A stretch of 64,000 bases of DNA, taken from NCBI GenBank assembly GCA_965277405.1, contig OZ255726.1, positions 288,001-352,000 of the forward strand, given 5' to 3'. Position 1 is the stretch's first letter, and each line of letters opens with the position of its first letter. Made by a program: the position numbers and the translations under genes. Of this stretch, positions 61,602 to 64,000 are shown in pieces. The notes under the pieces were generated by a model that was not told where the DNA came from, searched no databases, and worked only from the letters and a program-made list of their open reading frames with translations. The DNA comes from Gammaproteobacteria bacterium (GTDB taxonomy: Bacteria > Pseudomonadota > Gammaproteobacteria > G965277405).

Positions 61602-63116
61602 TTAGAAGTTTCTTGTTAGTTGCAGTTTGATGTTATTGCTTTGGCTACTGTATAGCCAATCTATGTTGCTGCGCGTGCTGCGCTGGTGCAGGGTAATGGT
61701 AGGGGTAAAACTGCCGATAGGGAATTTAGCTGCGGTTATAGTCAAGGTAGCATTTTTGACTATGTCATTGCGTTTGGCACCGAGGATTTTGCTAAACTTA
61801 TGATTACTGCGTTGGCTGGCAGCGGTGAGCAACACCACCTGAATACCAGCAGCAAACTGTTTCGACGCACCGAATCTTAGCCCCAGTTTGTTATAAGATT
61901 CAGTTTTTTCTGTTGCTGTTATCTCCAACCAATCCACCCCGTTAATTAGCATCCAGTTATCCGCGAGGCTTTGCCAGGCGCTGAAATTTAGCGAAAACGC
62001 AGCACCGTTATGCCGCTGCCGTGGTTGTTCTGCATACTTGAGTTGTTTATAGTCAGCTGTTAGTTTGAACATCTGCGTGGTCGATAGCTTGCGTCTCCAC
62101 TGTGCATGCAAGCCCCAAGCGCGGTAGAACGTCGCGTTACCATACTCAAGAAATTCATACGCAGGCGCCAGGCTGATATAATCAGCATAATTCTCAAAGG
62201 CATAACCTATTTGATTAGTCATGATTGTTTGATTGTAATCAGGGTAGTCTTGATAACGTTGCGCGGATAACTGCGCACGAAAGTAGATGCCATGCTGCCC
62301 ACTAATTGACACTTGGCGGTTTAATGTCAATTGGTAGTCAATGCCATGCGCGCTAATCGCATCAGGGGTTTGTCGCTCGGAAAAGCACCGACCGCGAAAA
62401 GATGCAAAGCAAGTATAACTCTGCGATGAATGGTTGAGGTTATCGGTCCAGATTGTGCCCAGCGCGTCTGAGCTTTGCCAAGTATGCCGGCGTTGCAAGG
62501 CTTCGGTGAAATTCTCCACCGAACTAATGATGTTGGCGTGCTTGCTATTGCTAGGGTCGAGTTGGTCGGCTATTTGCGCAAATAGCTGCTTAGCTTGTTG
62601 GTTGTGATGGTCGGCAAACAGCACGCGGGCTAATTCGAGCTGGCCTGGGAAAAAGTCAGGGTTCAACTCGACTAATTTGCGGTATTGGGCTGCTGCTTGT
62701 TGCATATCACCGCGTATTCTGGCGAGCGTGCCGCGGGCATACGCCAATAATAACGCGTCGGCGTTGGCGAGGGTTTGGTATTTTGCCAAATAATACTCGA
62801 CGTCTGCCCAGTGTTGTTGTTGGATTGACACATACAACGCCCTGCCGAGGTCATTGACGTTGTCTTGGATAGGATAGGATTTACCGTCGATAATTATGGC
62901 GCGGCGTGCTGCGCTGTCGGCATTTGGTAACTGCTGCTGGCTGCTATTACGCGGTTGGTCGGTGGCTTGGTCGCTGCTAGCGTTGCTAGGCAACCTACTA
63001 GGCAACTGGCTATCAGCAGCTGCGGCGGCGGCTGGGAGCAGCAGCAACAGCATGCAATACAGTAACAAAAACCGCGCCTGCAACTGCAGGCGCGGCTTGC
63101 ATTTAATAGCTAACAA
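61602..63116 (-). CDS. Slam-family outer-membrane translocon (type XI secretion); start uncertain
   Basis: TPR N-terminus (LELARVLF..NQQAKQLF), beta-barrel, SNIDWLYS, terminal Phe. Confidence 0.85.
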   Translation of the reverse strand: MLAIKCKPRLQLQARFLLLYCMLLLLLPAAAAAADSQLPSRLPSNASSDQATDQPRNSSQQQLPNADSAARRAIIIDGKSYPIQDNVNDLGRALYVSIQQQHWADVEYYLAKYQTLANADALLLAYARGTLARIRGDMQQAAAQYRKLVELNPDFFPGQLELARVLFADHHNQQAKQLFAQIADQLDPSNSKHANIISSVENFTEALQRRHTWQSSDALGTIWTDNLNHSSQSYTCFASFRGRCFSERQTPDAISAHGIDYQLTLNRQVSISGQHGIYFRAQLSAQRYQDYPDYNQTIMTNQIGYAFENYADYISLAPAYEFLEYGNATFYRAWGLHAQWRRKLSTTQMFKLTADYKQLKYAEQPRQRHNGAAFSLNFSAWQSLADNWMLINGVDWLEITATEKTESYNKLGLRFGASKQFAAGIQVVLLTAASQRSNHKFSKILGAKRNDIVKNATLTITAAKFPIGSFTPTITLHQRSTRSNIDWLYSSQSNNIKLQLTRNF

Positions 63117-63118
63117 GA

Positions 63119-63922
63119 TTAATGGATGATAATACCAGGTAATGTTGTTGTGGATCCACCAAACGCTGTGTTGAATTCAGGGCTAGAAAAAAACGTAACC
63201 ATCCCAGCGAGGTCAACCTGACCATTGTAGAACCGCCCTGAAACTATACCATGCAGGTCCTCTCGATAAGGATTGGTTCTAAATGCTTCGGCTTGCCTTT
63301 GACTAGAAAGAAAAGTAGCATCGCTGTTGATCCACACAGTGCCCATATCGATTTTAAAGTTGCCATGTTCCATTTTTCCTATTAACACTGAATTAGTAAA
63401 ATTAGCAACAACAACACCGTGTAGCAGGTTGTTAGCCGCTGCTGAGTAGTGATTGATACCTGTCACCGTGTAAATAGCGTATCTAGCGGTTGTTGTTATC
63501 GCAGTATCGGCATCAGCGCCGACGTAGTACACGGTATGGGTTGGGTCGTTGGAGGCACCAGTTTGTGACCATTCGCCAAACCAAACGTCGTTTGCACCTG
63601 CTTTTGCAAAATGGAATACCCCCAATTTATCATGGGTGTCTGGAGCACCATCATACGGGAAATTCAGCGAATGCACCCTGTTGGGGTCGGCGGGCGCGTA
63701 CGTTGTCAACCCAGCAAAGTCGACTATTTTATCCTTTGCTAGAGTATAGCCAGCGCCAATCCCCGCCTTCCCTGGAGTATGAAACGGCGGGCGGTCTACA
63801 TTTGATGGGGCGACAATCACTTTGCCACGATTCTATGATTGACCTAGTATTTCGGCTTGAACTGGCGCGGCGAGCGCACCAGCCACAAGCGCGATACTGG
63901 TGATTATTTGTAGTTTTTTCAT
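63119..63922 (-). pseudogene. Slam-dependent hemophilin/HphA-like protein with an in-frame TAG at 63833-63835
   Basis: AGGAG RBS, MKKLQIITSIALVAGALAAPVQA|EILGQS*NRGK, LGVFHF..DVWFGEW, Y.V.GIN, G.FY..LAG..AFGG. Confidence 0.75.
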
Positions 63923-64000
63923 ATACTTCTCCTAAGGGTTAGGTTAATTATTTCCAAAACGAAAATAACATGGTGTTAACGAAGCGGTTGCTTCGCCAGG

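Overview
Gammaproteobacterial-type chromosome segment, mostly housekeeping genes: T2SS gspC-I, kdsB/kdsD-lptCAB-rpoN-pyk-ppx, a class III PHA cluster, pmm/pgm, queA, an Efe iron-uptake operon, fbpBC, dedD-cvpA-purF, acnA, trxB, ftsK, prmC, gabD, rarA, rppH, fdxA, and two tRNAs. Accessory parts are an Ig-like (Big_2) lipoprotein, a class 3 lipase, a decaying GDP-fucose/glycosyltransferase locus and a Slam (type XI secretion)/hemophilin-like locus. The strongest unannotated signal is a roughly 280-295 bp non-autonomous element (MITE-like). It has 15-bp IS5-subgroup-like terminal inverted repeats (GGAA[G/C]CTCTGATTAA) and 4-bp target duplications. It occurs as 4 full copies, 3 internally deleted copies, one 43-bp perfect palindrome and about 6 solo ends. 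It has rewritten the 3' ends of gspD, fdxA and the lipase, and it truncates phaB. Several genes carry in-frame stops (second phasin, manC, GT10, pyruvyltransferase, hemophilin-like gene, ParE remnant), and four intergenic simple-sequence repeat tracts are present. No transposase, integrase or CRISPR array was seen. All calls come from reading motifs by eye; no database searches were run.
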